Counted from the first letter of the stretch, positions 18,443-26,321 are shown. The stretch is DNA of 38,180 nucleotides from Gammaproteobacteria bacterium (GCA_036266895.1 DATAXC010000022.1:1-38180); one strand, 5' to 3'. Made by a program: numbers and translations. Notes: generated by a model from the letters alone, not told the origin.

Positions 18443-19286
18443 AATACACCTCCAATAATTCATTAAAAGGATTTCTGCTCATTTGCCAAGGAGTTAATGA
18501 ATAAGGCCTTAATGTAACTCGCTCTTTATCCCACTCATTTGTTTCAATGCAGTGCTTTAAAAGCTTAAGTCCTGATTTATATACCTTTCTACCCTGCTCT
18601 ATAGTTTCATCATCAAGCGGTACGGTATAAGGCATATAGGGTGGTTCTTTAGGTACTACTAAAAATACAAAATGGTCTATCACATCGCCGGTCAATTCAA
18701 AGACTGAATCAATTTGCATGGCTGCTTGCATGTGATAATCCTTGCCTTCAGCTTCGCGCATAAAGTCATAGGCATTATCGTAACGAGAAGTTTTAAGGTC
18801 GGCTAAAATATTGATCTGTCTATTCCAGATATCTGGACGTGCTTTACATAAGGTAGTGGTTTCTGTATCTGTCCAGTACAAGGACTTTTCAATATCAGCA
18901 CCATTTAGGATTGAAATAACATGCGGATGTTCTTTAGCAACGCGTGCCATTTCTTGTGCTTTTAAGATATCATCAGGTGCTATGATTATTTTACCTTCGG
19001 CTCTGCGCATATATTCTTCGTGTTTTTCTTTTCCTATATTTGTGCGTCGATCGTACTTTTCTTCTGGAAAGAACATCCCGTCAAAAAGATGAGGCTCCAA
19101 AACAAGCGTATGTAATAAGGTTCCAAAGTCAAAACAATCTTTGTGTTCTTTGGGTGGTGGATTGGGACTTAAATAATTATACCAATATCTCAATGGTGAT
19201 TGTTTAAGCAAACTTAGTTTTGATCGGCTTATGCCAATACTGGCGTGATATTCCTCATTAGGAATCTCATATATTCCTGGTGTCAT
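18435..19286 (-). CDS. Exonuclease VIII/RecE-like PD-(D/E)XK nuclease (DUF3799-like)
   Basis: NEEYHA..GISRSKL, GTLLHTLVLEP, EKSLYW, CKARPD, ADLKTS, YHMQAA. Confidence 0.9.
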   Translation of the reverse strand: MTPGIYEIPNEEYHASIGISRSKLSLLKQSPLRYWYNYLSPNPPPKEHKDCFDFGTLLHTLVLEPHLFDGMFFPEEKYDRRTNIGKEKHEEYMRRAEGKIIIAPDDILKAQEMARVAKEHPHVISILNGADIEKSLYWTDTETTTLCKARPDIWNRQINILADLKTSRYDNAYDFMREAEGKDYHMQAAMQIDSVFELTGDVIDHFVFLVVPKEPPYMPYTVPLDDETIEQGRKVYKSGLKLLKHCIETNEWDKERVTLRPYSLTPWQMSRNPFNELLEVYCG

Positions 19287-19328
19287 GTCTGTCTCCTGGT
19301 TGCAGTCAGTAGAATTCGAATATTATAG

Positions 19329-19634
19329 TTATACCATCACGTAATAAAACTCTCCGTCAATTTCATCAAGGTGCACTTCTTCTGCAATAACGTCAGTGGT
19401 TGCGTTATCGACAATTGAAACTTCACCTACGATTAACAGATTATGTTTTTGAATTAGTTTTTCTAGTTCGCATAAAAATTGGATTATTTTTTTTTCATTA
19501 TCACTTATAAGAATGTTACCATCATCGTCAACAATTACTTCATTTTCCTGAGCCATCCTTTTCTCCTCCTCATGTCTTCGGTGTTCAAGTTCTAGGGCAT
19601 AGTATTGCCCTTGAGATTCATCATGATCTCTCAT
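19329..19634 (-). CDS. Acidic hypothetical protein
   Basis: Asp/Glu-rich; likely start MAQENE after GAGGAG. Confidence 0.5.
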   Translation of the reverse strand: MRDHDESQGQYYALELEHRRHEEEKRMAQENEVIVDDDGNILISDNEKKIIQFLCELEKLIQKHNLLIVGEVSIVDNATTDVIAEEVHLDEIDGEFYYVMV

Positions 19635-19849
19635 AATGAGCGCAATATAGTAAATTGTGCTTGCAATTTCAAGGATGCTGTTTTTACCTCTTCATCGATG
19701 CGCTCTTTTGCGGCTAACGCTTTTTGATAGATTTTCTTTAATTTATCAGCTTTTCTGGTCTCTTTTGCAAGTTCAGATCGTTTAAAAAAGTCCCGGTGAA
19801 AAAGGGCGTAGTCTTGGTTAATATCTGAGCATAAGTCTCTCATGGTCAT
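19631..19849 (-). CDS. Hypothetical protein
   Basis: AGGAG RBS. Confidence 0.5.
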   Translation of the reverse strand: MTMRDLCSDINQDYALFHRDFFKRSELAKETRKADKLKKIYQKALAAKERIDEEVKTASLKLQAQFTILRSL

Positions 19850-20002
19850 CTCTCCTATTGAACTTCAAACACAACAGTATCTTTGACAAACAAGGGTACA
19901 GCATTCATAAATTGCACCGCCCTACGTCCAAAATACGACACTACTTTTCCGCGTCTTTTGCAAAACTCAACATGTGTACCGATGCTGATATTTGCAAATG
20001 CT

Positions 20003-20410
20003 TTATGCTTGCGCGTCTCGATAATTTTCATACTCTACGTCCTCCCTATGGCTTAAACTTTCTTGAAACTCAATATGTCTGTCTTCTACAGCATCTACAA
20101 TATCTCTTGTGTAATACAGGGATGCATTCTTAGAAATAGTGGCTAGAATCATTTCGCCTATAATTCTTTTTGTTTCTACATTATCGGCTGTCAAGTAACT
20201 TCCTACATACATCATAAGTTGCCCTTGCTCATCACGGTTTATGATCGCTTCATAGTCGCAGGATTCTTTTCTCTTATAATGATCTTCTAATATTAGAAGC
20301 CCTGCTAGGAATTTGGCTTGTTGTGTTATTAGTTTTATTCTATCTTCTCTTGTTAAAACTTTGCTGATATCATCAATGGTTCGTTCGTAACTTTGGTATT
20401 CATTACTCAT
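20003..20410 (-). CDS. First gene of the leftward early operon, hypothetical
   Basis: GAGGAG RBS; directly downstream of the PL-like promoter. Confidence 0.65.
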   Translation of the reverse strand: MSNEYQSYERTIDDISKVLTREDRIKLITQQAKFLAGLLILEDHYKRKESCDYEAIINRDEQGQLMMYVGSYLTADNVETKRIIGEMILATISKNASLYYTRDIVDAVEDRHIEFQESLSHREDVEYENYRDAQA

Positions 20411-20454
20411 TTCCCTATCTCCTCATTAATCCGGTCAGTCACCGTACAAAACGA

Positions 20455-20483
20455 AGAATAAACGAAACGTTTATTTCTGTCAA
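20455..20483 (-). promoter_or_regulatory. PL-like sigma70 promoter with palindromic operator (20459-20473) in the spacer
   Basis: Minus strand TTGACA-17-TATTCT; operator TAAACG-AAA-CGTTTA. Confidence 0.8.
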
Positions 20484-20487
20484 CTCT

Positions 20488-20529
20488 TTTATGAGAGATA
20501 TTTGAGATATTTATGAGAGATATTTGAGA
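20488..20529. repeat. 20-bp direct repeat with 22-bp period
   Basis: TTTATGAGAGATATTTGAGA at 20488 and 20510; GAGATATTT occurs three times. Confidence 0.8.
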
Positions 20530-20579
20530 GAGGGCAACTAACGAGCAATTTTATCAATTAAAATACTGGATTTTTGACG

Positions 20580-20606
20580 AAAAAAAGGGCGCATCGTGCG
20601 CCCTTT
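20580..20606 (-). terminator. Rho-independent terminator downstream of the repressor-like gene
   Basis: GGGCGCA-N3-TGCGCCC stem with a T7 run on the minus strand. Confidence 0.75.
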
Positions 20607-20627
20607 CCCTTTCACTGCTTAGGTAAA

Positions 20628-20840
20628 TTATTCGGACGTGACTCCGAAAATAAGATAAGAAGGTGTAGTTTTCAAGACACAGGCGAGGATTTCGGCATCA
20701 CGTGGTCTTGGCACTCGCACATCCTTTTCATAATTACAGATACGCGCTGAATTTTTCCATCCACAACGCAAGGCTAAGTCCATTTGATGTTTGAATCCTT
20801 TATTAAGACGGCACTGTCTTAAACGTTCACCTATAGTCAT
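20628..20840 (-). CDS. XRE-family HTH, cI-position repressor without peptidase domain
   Basis: MTIGERLRQCR...QMDLA...SARICNYEKDVRVP...LKTTPSYLIFG. Confidence 0.85.
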   Translation of the reverse strand: MTIGERLRQCRLNKGFKHQMDLALRCGWKNSARICNYEKDVRVPRPRDAEILACVLKTTPSYLIFGVTSE

Positions 20841-20861
20841 AAAACTCTCCTATTCTTTATC

Positions 20862-20890
20862 TTGACAGCCTTAAACACTTTGTTTAGATT
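20862..20890 (+). promoter_or_regulatory. PR-like promoter with operator (20872-20886)
   Basis: TTGACA-17-TAGATT; TAAACA-CTT-TGTTTA. Confidence 0.8.
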
Positions 20891-20898
20891 TCGCCCTT

Positions 20899-21126
20899 AT
20901 GATTACTTTATTACGAAAGATCAAATGTAAAACCCAGTGGTCTCGTCAGCGGCTAGCAGACGAGTTAGGTGTTACGAGTGGAGCGATATCCAACTATGAA
21001 TATGGCAGCCGTTACCCTAAACCAGCTCTTGCCTATAAGCTGATCGATATAGGAAAGAGCCTCGACATACATTGCTCGTTAGAAGACGTTTACCCTCGCG
21101 AGCAATTTAATACTAAGGAAATTTAA
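20899..21126 (+). CDS. Cro-like XRE HTH protein
   Basis: SRQRLADELGVTSGAISNYEYGSRYP; divergent from the cI-like gene. Confidence 0.85.
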   Translation: MITLLRKIKCKTQWSRQRLADELGVTSGAISNYEYGSRYPKPALAYKLIDIGKSLDIHCSLEDVYPREQFNTKEI

Positions 21127-21143
21127 GGGAATATAAGTAATAG

Positions 21144-21168
21144 TAGAAGTCAAAAGATTTGACTTCTA
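21144..21168. repeat. 11-bp inverted repeat between the cro-like and cII-like genes
   Basis: TAGAAGTCAAA-AGA-TTTGACTTCTA. Confidence 0.7.
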
Positions 21169-21202
21169 AACTTAACCTGACTGTGCTAGGGAGGCTATTA
21201 AA

Positions 21203-21655
21203 ATGTCGACGAGGCCACTATCTGATGAGGATAGAAGAATGTTGGAAACAATCGAGTCGATACCATCTTTACGTGAGGCTATCCTTTATAGCATACGTTT
21301 AAAAGGACTAAGTGATAAACAGGTTAGCTATGGACTTGCGATTGACCAGGGCCAATGGTCACGGATTAAAAACGGCCATGCTACCTTTGATGTTGATAAG
21401 CTAATTACCTTATTTGATCTCTGCGGTAACTACATCCCCCTCTACTGGCTGGCCCATCATTGCGGCAAAGACATGCAAGATAAGCCCGCCTCACTTGAAG
21501 AACAGATCAAGCAAAAAGAAGCCGCTTTACTAAAACTCAGAGAAGAAAACGAGCGCATCAAGAACAAATATAACGCGGCTTTAGATGTTATTCGCGATGC
21601 TAAACGCATCGCGGATGACGACACCCTCCCCTCCTCTCTTGAAGAAATTAGCTAA
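21203..21655 (+). CDS. CII-like regulator with C-terminal coiled coil
   Basis: LSDKQVSYGLAIDQGQWSRIKNG...LCGNYIPLYWLAHHCG; position after cro. Confidence 0.7.
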   Translation: MSTRPLSDEDRRMLETIESIPSLREAILYSIRLKGLSDKQVSYGLAIDQGQWSRIKNGHATFDVDKLITLFDLCGNYIPLYWLAHHCGKDMQDKPASLEEQIKQKEAALLKLREENERIKNKYNAALDVIRDAKRIADDDTLPSSLEEIS

Positions 21656-21683
21656 CTTTTGACGACTGCTTTAAGGACTTTTT

Positions 21684-22550
21684 ATGCGTTATTTTAAACA
21701 CCTTACCCTCTCACATATCGACGAAAAACTTTCCCAAGTAACCGACCTTTTTGGTGCTGAAGGCTATGGGGTTTACTGGATAATTTTAGAGAAAATTGCC
21801 TCCCAAATGGACTACTCCGATAAGACATTTTCGCGCTATTTTTCACGAATTTGGATAAATTCCTGCCGAATATCTGAAAAAAAATTTAAAGCGATAATAA
21901 ATTTTTTCCAAGAATTGGAATTAATTTTCTACAAGTATGACGGTAAGTATCTTACTTTGGACTGCCCTAACCTTCTCAAATACCGCGATGAATATAGTTC
22001 AAAGAAGATTCGTCGTATCGGAAAAGTCCGGACAATGTCCGGACACACTCCGGATGTTGAACGGACAAATGACCAAGAAGAATCGGATATTGCTCGGACA
22101 TATCCTAAAGAACTAGAACTAAAAACAGAAGGAGAAGAAGTTACTAAAGAAGCAGGGTATACAAACACCGTTACCTCACTACCAATTTCATTTGACCCGG
22201 TGTCGGTTGATGAAAATTTTTTCTCGGAATTTTTGAGTGCAGGTTTTGCGCCGTTCAAAGTTTGGCAACTGACGACGACGGACATGGTTCGAAAATGGAA
22301 GGCCGACAAAATTGAAATTCAGGATTTGCGAGAAATGCTCGCTTTCAAAAAATCCGAGATCGAGGAGGGGGTGATCGGCTCGCCAAATTATTTCGACGCA
22401 CTGGTTCGCAAATATTTTCGTTTTCGGACTTTGGGCGAGCCTGACCCTCGTCAGCGACTCACGCCGGAAGATCGGGCGAAAGCGGAGAGGGCGGCACAAC
22501 GTGAACGGTTCTTGAAATTTGAGAAGGAGAAAATCCATGAGGCCAAGTGA
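21684..22550 (+). CDS. Replication initiator (Lin1244/DUF4373-like N-terminus)
   Basis: YFKH...DEKL...FGAEGYGVYWIILEKIA; internal iteron-like repeats; lambda O position. Confidence 0.75.
   Translation: MRYFKHLTLSHIDEKLSQVTDLFGAEGYGVYWIILEKIASQMDYSDKTFSRYFSRIWINSCRISEKKFKAIINFFQELELIFYKYDGKYLTLDCPNLLKYRDEYSSKKIRRIGKVRTMSGHTPDVERTNDQEESDIARTYPKELELKTEGEEVTKEAGYTNTVTSLPISFDPVSVDENFFSEFLSAGFAPFKVWQLTTTDMVRKWKADKIEIQDLREMLAFKKSEIEEGVIGSPNYFDALVRKYFRFRTLGEPDPRQRLTPEDRAKAERAAQRERFLKFEKEKIHEAK
22026..22100. promoter_or_regulatory. Putative origin iterons inside the initiator gene
   Basis: GTCCGGACA-AT-GTCCGGACA-CAC-TCCGGA followed by further CGGACA copies. Confidence 0.55.
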
Positions 22551-22938
22551 AAAGGGCATTTTCTTTGATTTTCTGCATGAAATTGCAGATTATTACGACA
22601 AAAAACTAACTGCCGTGACCGTTGAAATTTACTGGGATGATTTGAAATATTTCACGATTCCCGAGTTAAAAACGGCATTTTCTGAATATCGCAAGCTTTC
22701 AGGCAAAGGCAAATACATGCCAAAAATCTGCGAAATCATTGATTTAATCCCAAAATCCCAGCAAAAAAAGCCGGAATTTATTTGCAAACACGCTGGCTGT
22801 CAGCAAGAATCGCAGGTGGGAGGATTTTGTTTCCCGCACTACGAAAATTTGCGCCCAATGTCGATACTTGAGGAAAAAATTGGGTCTAAGTTCTCAAACC
22901 TGCCAAAAACATCAACAGGAGTAGGGCAAATCCATTGA
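22537..22938 (+). CDS. Putative helicase loader/loader inhibitor (lambda P position)
   Basis: YYDK...IYWDDLK...AF..YR...YMPKICEII pattern; AAGGAG RBS; C-terminal CKHAGC...CFPH. Confidence 0.55.
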   Translation: MRPSEKGIFFDFLHEIADYYDKKLTAVTVEIYWDDLKYFTIPELKTAFSEYRKLSGKGKYMPKICEIIDLIPKSQQKKPEFICKHAGCQQESQVGGFCFPHYENLRPMSILEEKIGSKFSNLPKTSTGVGQIH

Positions 22939-23027
22939 TGGCGAGGTTTTATCTAGAAAGTAGTATGGTGGTAGCGGGTAGGGTGTTTTGATTCGTTCAC
23001 GGCCTTTAAATTCATTTGGAGGTTTTT

Positions 23028-23291
23028 ATGTTTGACAGGCAATTATCGATGAATGGTGCATATGCAGATTATTTAAGAAATGCACAACAAGCACAATCCG
23101 CGCACTCAAACACTTTCATTGGCTATGCAACTGGATTAGATTTGCTATATGGGATGGCAAATGCTGAAACGCAACAGTTGCGTAAAGAAACTCAAAATCC
23201 TAAAGTTATTATCTCGAAAAAAAATAATCATGAAAATTATGGAGATAGTTTTTTACCTAATTTTGTTGAAGAAAAATCTTTTTTGCCTTAA
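23028..23291 (+). CDS. Hypothetical protein
   Basis: GGAGG RBS before ATG at 23028. Confidence 0.55.
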   Translation: MFDRQLSMNGAYADYLRNAQQAQSAHSNTFIGYATGLDLLYGMANAETQQLRKETQNPKVIISKKNNHENYGDSFLPNFVEEKSFLP

Positions 23292-23298
23292 TTTGTTT

Positions 23299-23559
23299 TT
23301 ATATTTTCTGTGAAACTAGCCTCTGGCACAGAAAATAATTTACTTTGGCTTGGGTAATTAATTCTTTAACTTCTTCGTAGGTTTCTTTTGCATCGAAATA
23401 ATTTCCTTCGATGGTTTTAATACGGCACAGATTGGTGGTAATTACTTCATCTCCCATAACACAAGTTCTTATAGTTAATGGACAATATATCATTATAGCA
23501 TGAAGAAATATTGTAAATTTTTCATTTTTGTCGAAGTCTGTCAATTCGATTTCAATCAC
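23299..23559 (-). CDS. FlbD/SwrD-like small beta protein
   Basis: IELT...FTIFLHAI...IKTIEGNYFDAKETYEEVKELI. Confidence 0.5.
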   Translation of the reverse strand: MIEIELTDFDKNEKFTIFLHAIMIYCPLTIRTCVMGDEVITTNLCRIKTIEGNYFDAKETYEEVKELITQAKVNYFLCQRLVSQKI

Positions 23560-23761
23560 CTCTCTTGACCTCCGTCAACGCAATTTCTTTATATTTATCT
23601 AAAAATACTAGAATCTCATCAATAACTTTATGGGCAACTATACGTTCTTCTTCTTTCGGAAATTTATTGAGTGTAACGCGCAATGAAAGCATTGATTGCT
23701 CAAGTGTCACAATCGTATCTTCCATCCCTTGTCGGTAGGCGGCTTTAAGTTCTCTTTTCAT
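23552..23761 (-). CDS. Hypothetical protein
   Basis: Coupled leftward ORF. Confidence 0.5.
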   Translation of the reverse strand: MKRELKAAYRQGMEDTIVTLEQSMLSLRVTLNKFPKEEERIVAHKVIDEILVFLDKYKEIALTEVKRGD

Positions 23762-23765
23762 TGAT

Positions 23766-23978
23766 TTAATCCTCTAATCGTTCAAAAAATAGATAATGCA
23801 TGTATTCATACATATCATCCGCAGTTTTTACATTTTCTGGCCAGGAGTTCTTTTCAAGAAATCTCCACATCGATGTTACTCGTTCTAACTTAGATTTTAT
23901 TTCATTTACCCTAATAGCATCTTGGGCTTCGTAATATTCTTCGGGTAAGTTAAATTTTAGCGTTAAGATCATTTTCAT
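23766..23978 (-). CDS. Hypothetical phage protein
   Basis: MILTLKFNLPEE motif; AAGGA RBS. Confidence 0.6.
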   Translation of the reverse strand: MKMILTLKFNLPEEYYEAQDAIRVNEIKSKLERVTSMWRFLEKNSWPENVKTADDMYEYMHYLFFERLED

Positions 23979-24144
23979 TTTCCTTCAATAATTGACTGAC
24001 CATAAATGCGATAGCAGTGGGGACTTCGGGATATTGGGTTTCGTAACGATGCATCGTCTTCCAATGCACGCCAAGAATTTTTCCCAGTTTTGTCTGTGAC
24101 ATTCCGAGCTTTGATCGAATGATACGCAATTCAGAGCCTGTCAT
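23950..24144 (-). CDS. XRE-family HTH regulator of the accessory island
   Basis: MTGSELRIIRSKLGMSQTKLGKILGVHWKTMHRYE. Confidence 0.8.
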   Translation of the reverse strand: MTGSELRIIRSKLGMSQTKLGKILGVHWKTMHRYETQYPEVPTAIAFMVSQLLKENENDLNAKI

Positions 24145-24263
24145 TAAAATTAATCCTGTCTCTAATATTTTCCAGATCGATTTTAACGGCCTGCATATCA
24201 TCAAAATAAATACACATGATAAAAAGGGCGCCTGCAATAAATCCCAGAGCAATAAATATTATA

Positions 24264-24626
24264 TTAATGAGAATCATGAGGATTTACCAAAACTTGATTG
24301 ATATATTGTTGAAACTCATCAGGTAATTTTTGGATAATTTGAGAATTAGAAAGAGTGGGGAGGATATACATCATCGTTAATGTATTAGAAGAGGGTAACA
24401 GCATCGCAAGAATAGTACTAATTGTTAAACCAATGAAAGCGCGTTTTCTCCAACGAGGGCAAGTTTTAATTTTTTTCTTATCGCCATTCCACTTTTCGTT
24501 ATAATCGCATTGAAAAACTAGAGTAAATGTTATTATTATAATACAGAATATAATTACAATAGCGCTGGTAACTATTAGATTGTCAGATAAGTTTATGGCG
24601 TAAATTAATAGCGGAGTAAGGGTCAT
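24264..24626 (-). CDS. Membrane protein with two TM segments
   Basis: Two hydrophobic stretches; LPSSNTLTMM motif. Confidence 0.65.
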   Translation of the reverse strand: MTLTPLLIYAINLSDNLIVTSAIVIIFCIIIITFTLVFQCDYNEKWNGDKKKIKTCPRWRKRAFIGLTISTILAMLLPSSNTLTMMYILPTLSNSQIIQKLPDEFQQYINQVLVNPHDSH

Positions 24627-24635
24627 GATAATTCC

Positions 24636-25016
24636 TCAATGAATGAACTTAATGCAACTGACAATAAATGCAGCCTGTCCAAGAAGAACAGCAGGAATCC
24701 AGAAAAGTATTCTATTTATTTCATGTTTAAATTCTGCGCGTAGAGAATTTTCAGAAGTTTTTATTTTGTGACTTAACTTTTCTTCGGAGGCTTTAATATC
24801 GTTTCCGACAATATTAATTTCATGTCTGACAAGATTAATTTCATGTTTAAGACCAGTTTCAAGAGTTTTTAAATCTTCTTGCGTTGCTACATGCGTCTTA
24901 GTCATCTTCGTAATTGATGTGACAAGCGTTTCTGCTTGATCACGCGTGAATCCTACTTCTTCGAACCGGTTGCTATAGTCAAATGGGCCTGGTGTTTGTT
25001 CGGCGCTCATTGTCAT
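24636..25016 (-). CDS. CCDC90/DUF1640-like membrane-anchored coiled-coil protein
   Basis: Head FEEVGFTRDQAETLV, neck VATQEDL, heptad stalk, C-terminal TM ILFWIPAVLLGQAAFIV. Confidence 0.75.
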   Translation of the reverse strand: MTMSAEQTPGPFDYSNRFEEVGFTRDQAETLVTSITKMTKTHVATQEDLKTLETGLKHEINLVRHEINIVGNDIKASEEKLSHKIKTSENSLRAEFKHEINRILFWIPAVLLGQAAFIVSCIKFIH

Positions 25017-25022
25017 CGCTCC

Positions 25023-25355
25023 TTATAATACGAAATAAATGTTTTTACTATCTAATAGGGTGAGGTGAATTGCCAATTTTTGTGCCTTCCCAAAAGTATC
25101 GAATTTTTCGCCCAACCAAGTTTCTTCGTAATTTTCAGTCGATGGCCTGGGTTGGCCAACCCTCTCACCATCTGTAAAAATAGGCATTACAGCAATTCGC
25201 CATCCTACTTTGTTGATCTGGCGTATTCTGTGGTCGGTTAAGTAATGGCATGGAAATTTAAAATCGCGAATTGCTAATAATTTTTCGTTATACATAATTT
25301 TACAGCCAAAATTAGAACCATTCATAAATCTTACGCAATTTGCAGATCTAGTCAT
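25023..25355 (-). CDS. Hypothetical protein
   Basis: GAGGAG RBS; first gene after a leftward promoter. Confidence 0.6.
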   Translation of the reverse strand: MTRSANCVRFMNGSNFGCKIMYNEKLLAIRDFKFPCHYLTDHRIRQINKVGWRIAVMPIFTDGERVGQPRPSTENYEETWLGEKFDTFGKAQKLAIHLTLLDSKNIYFVL

Positions 25356-25386
25356 GTTGTCATCTCCTCATGTTAGTGACAATTAC

Positions 25387-25414
25387 ATAATATCCCAGTC
25401 TGGCATAATGTCAA
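25387..25414 (-). promoter_or_regulatory. Leftward promoter with type-2 operator (25391-25407)
   Basis: Minus strand TTGACA-16-TATTAT; TATCCCA-GTC-TGGCATA. Confidence 0.65.
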
Positions 25415-25425
25415 TTGTTAATGCT

Positions 25426-25440
25426 TAAACGGTATGTTAA
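25426..25440. promoter_or_regulatory. Type-1 operator in a putative rightward promoter
   Basis: TAAACG-GTA-TGTTAA within TTGTTA-17-TAAAAA. Confidence 0.6.
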
Positions 25441-25464
25441 AAAAGCTCTTCAAAAGGAGATCAC

Positions 25465-25851
25465 ATGCCAGTCTGTAATCAATGTAAGGGTAGAACCACC
25501 GTTAAAACTGTATTCGGTAAATCTGCATCATGCCCAGGTTGTCGCGATATTCCCACTGGGATATCGACCGGCTTTGTCACTGATCCAATGGTTCGTTGTC
25601 CTGTATGTAAGGGAGGAGGGTACTTTGTAGGCATGGGAGGAATTGAAAAGGTATCTTGTATTTATTGTTCAACCACGGGGCAAGTCAATGAGTCAAAAAT
25701 CGAAGCTGATGCAAAACAAAACTACGTCAAAAGTTCCGAAGTCGCCGAAAGAAAAGCAAATGTGGATAAGAGCACGTCAAAAGATGGTAAAGACGAGCGG
25801 CGCAAAGACGGAAAAGGAAGTTCCGTGGCCAGTAGTCCAAACCATCTATAA
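25465..25851 (+). CDS. DnaJ-type zinc-finger protein
   Basis: CNQCKG, CPGC, CPVCKGGG, CIYCSTTG; AAGGAG RBS. Confidence 0.7.
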   Translation: MPVCNQCKGRTTVKTVFGKSASCPGCRDIPTGISTGFVTDPMVRCPVCKGGGYFVGMGGIEKVSCIYCSTTGQVNESKIEADAKQNYVKSSEVAERKANVDKSTSKDGKDERRKDGKGSSVASSPNHL

Positions 25852-25921
25852 GAACGAAAAGAAAGCGCATAAGGTCATGAAAAAATCTGATGTGACCAAA
25901 GCCAAGAGAGGGAAGGTTTAA
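25688..25921 (+). CDS. Lys-rich small protein (overlapping ORF)
   Basis: KEKQMWIRAR...VPWPVVQTIYK, loosely ChaB-like. Confidence 0.45.
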   Translation: MSQKSKLMQNKTTSKVPKSPKEKQMWIRARQKMVKTSGAKTEKEVPWPVVQTIYKNEKKAHKVMKKSDVTKAKRGKV

Positions 25922-26109
25922 GGTATAACCTTGTATTCCTTGATAATGAAATTATGAATTGCTGCGTGTGCAGGGATTAATGTTTCTTTGACAATTCTAT
26001 TAATTATGGTTTTATTTAAAGCTAAACGCGCCAGTTGATAAGTTTGATAACATCCTTTTAAGTCTCTTTTCTGACGTTTGTCGTAAATAACGTAGATTTC
26101 AGTGATCAT
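25918..26109 (-). CDS. Hypothetical protein
   Basis: AAGGA RBS; ATGA coupling. Confidence 0.5.
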   Translation of the reverse strand: MITEIYVIYDKRQKRDLKGCYQTYQLARLALNKTIINRIVKETLIPAHAAIHNFIIKEYKVIP

Positions 26110-26279
26110 CGTTTCATCCTTAACGTAGATATTTCTTTCTGAACTCTCACAATAGCCATCCTATGATCAATGGCTGCCTCGTAAACATCATGTTGCGTTA
26201 ATGCAAATACATGACGTTCGCGTTTCTTTAACAGTTCGGTAAGTGTTTTACGGATAGTTTCTTCAATTGATGCGTCCAT
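26106..26279 (-). CDS. 57-aa helical protein (not in ORF track)
   Basis: MDASIEETIRKTLTELLKKRERHVFALTQHDVYEAAIDHRMAIVRVQKEISTLRMKR; AGGAG RBS. Confidence 0.55.
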   Translation of the reverse strand: MDASIEETIRKTLTELLKKRERHVFALTQHDVYEAAIDHRMAIVRVQKEISTLRMKR

Positions 26280-26321
26280 GCATATCTCCTAGTATCAGTA
26301 ACAGATTTGAGAATCAAAAGT

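Noticed and set aside
20488-20529. Mini CRISPR array
   Set aside because: Repeats are separated by only 2 nt, with no spacer-length unique sequence and no cas genes
24131-24265. Hydrophobic minus-strand frame (LIIFIALGFIAGALFIMCIYF...)
   Set aside because: No in-frame canonical start; may be a frameshifted remnant but cannot be supported
25375-25410. dif/XerCD-like site (TTATGTAATT resembles a XerD arm)
   Set aside because: No XerC arm at the correct spacing; better explained as the -10 region plus type-2 operator
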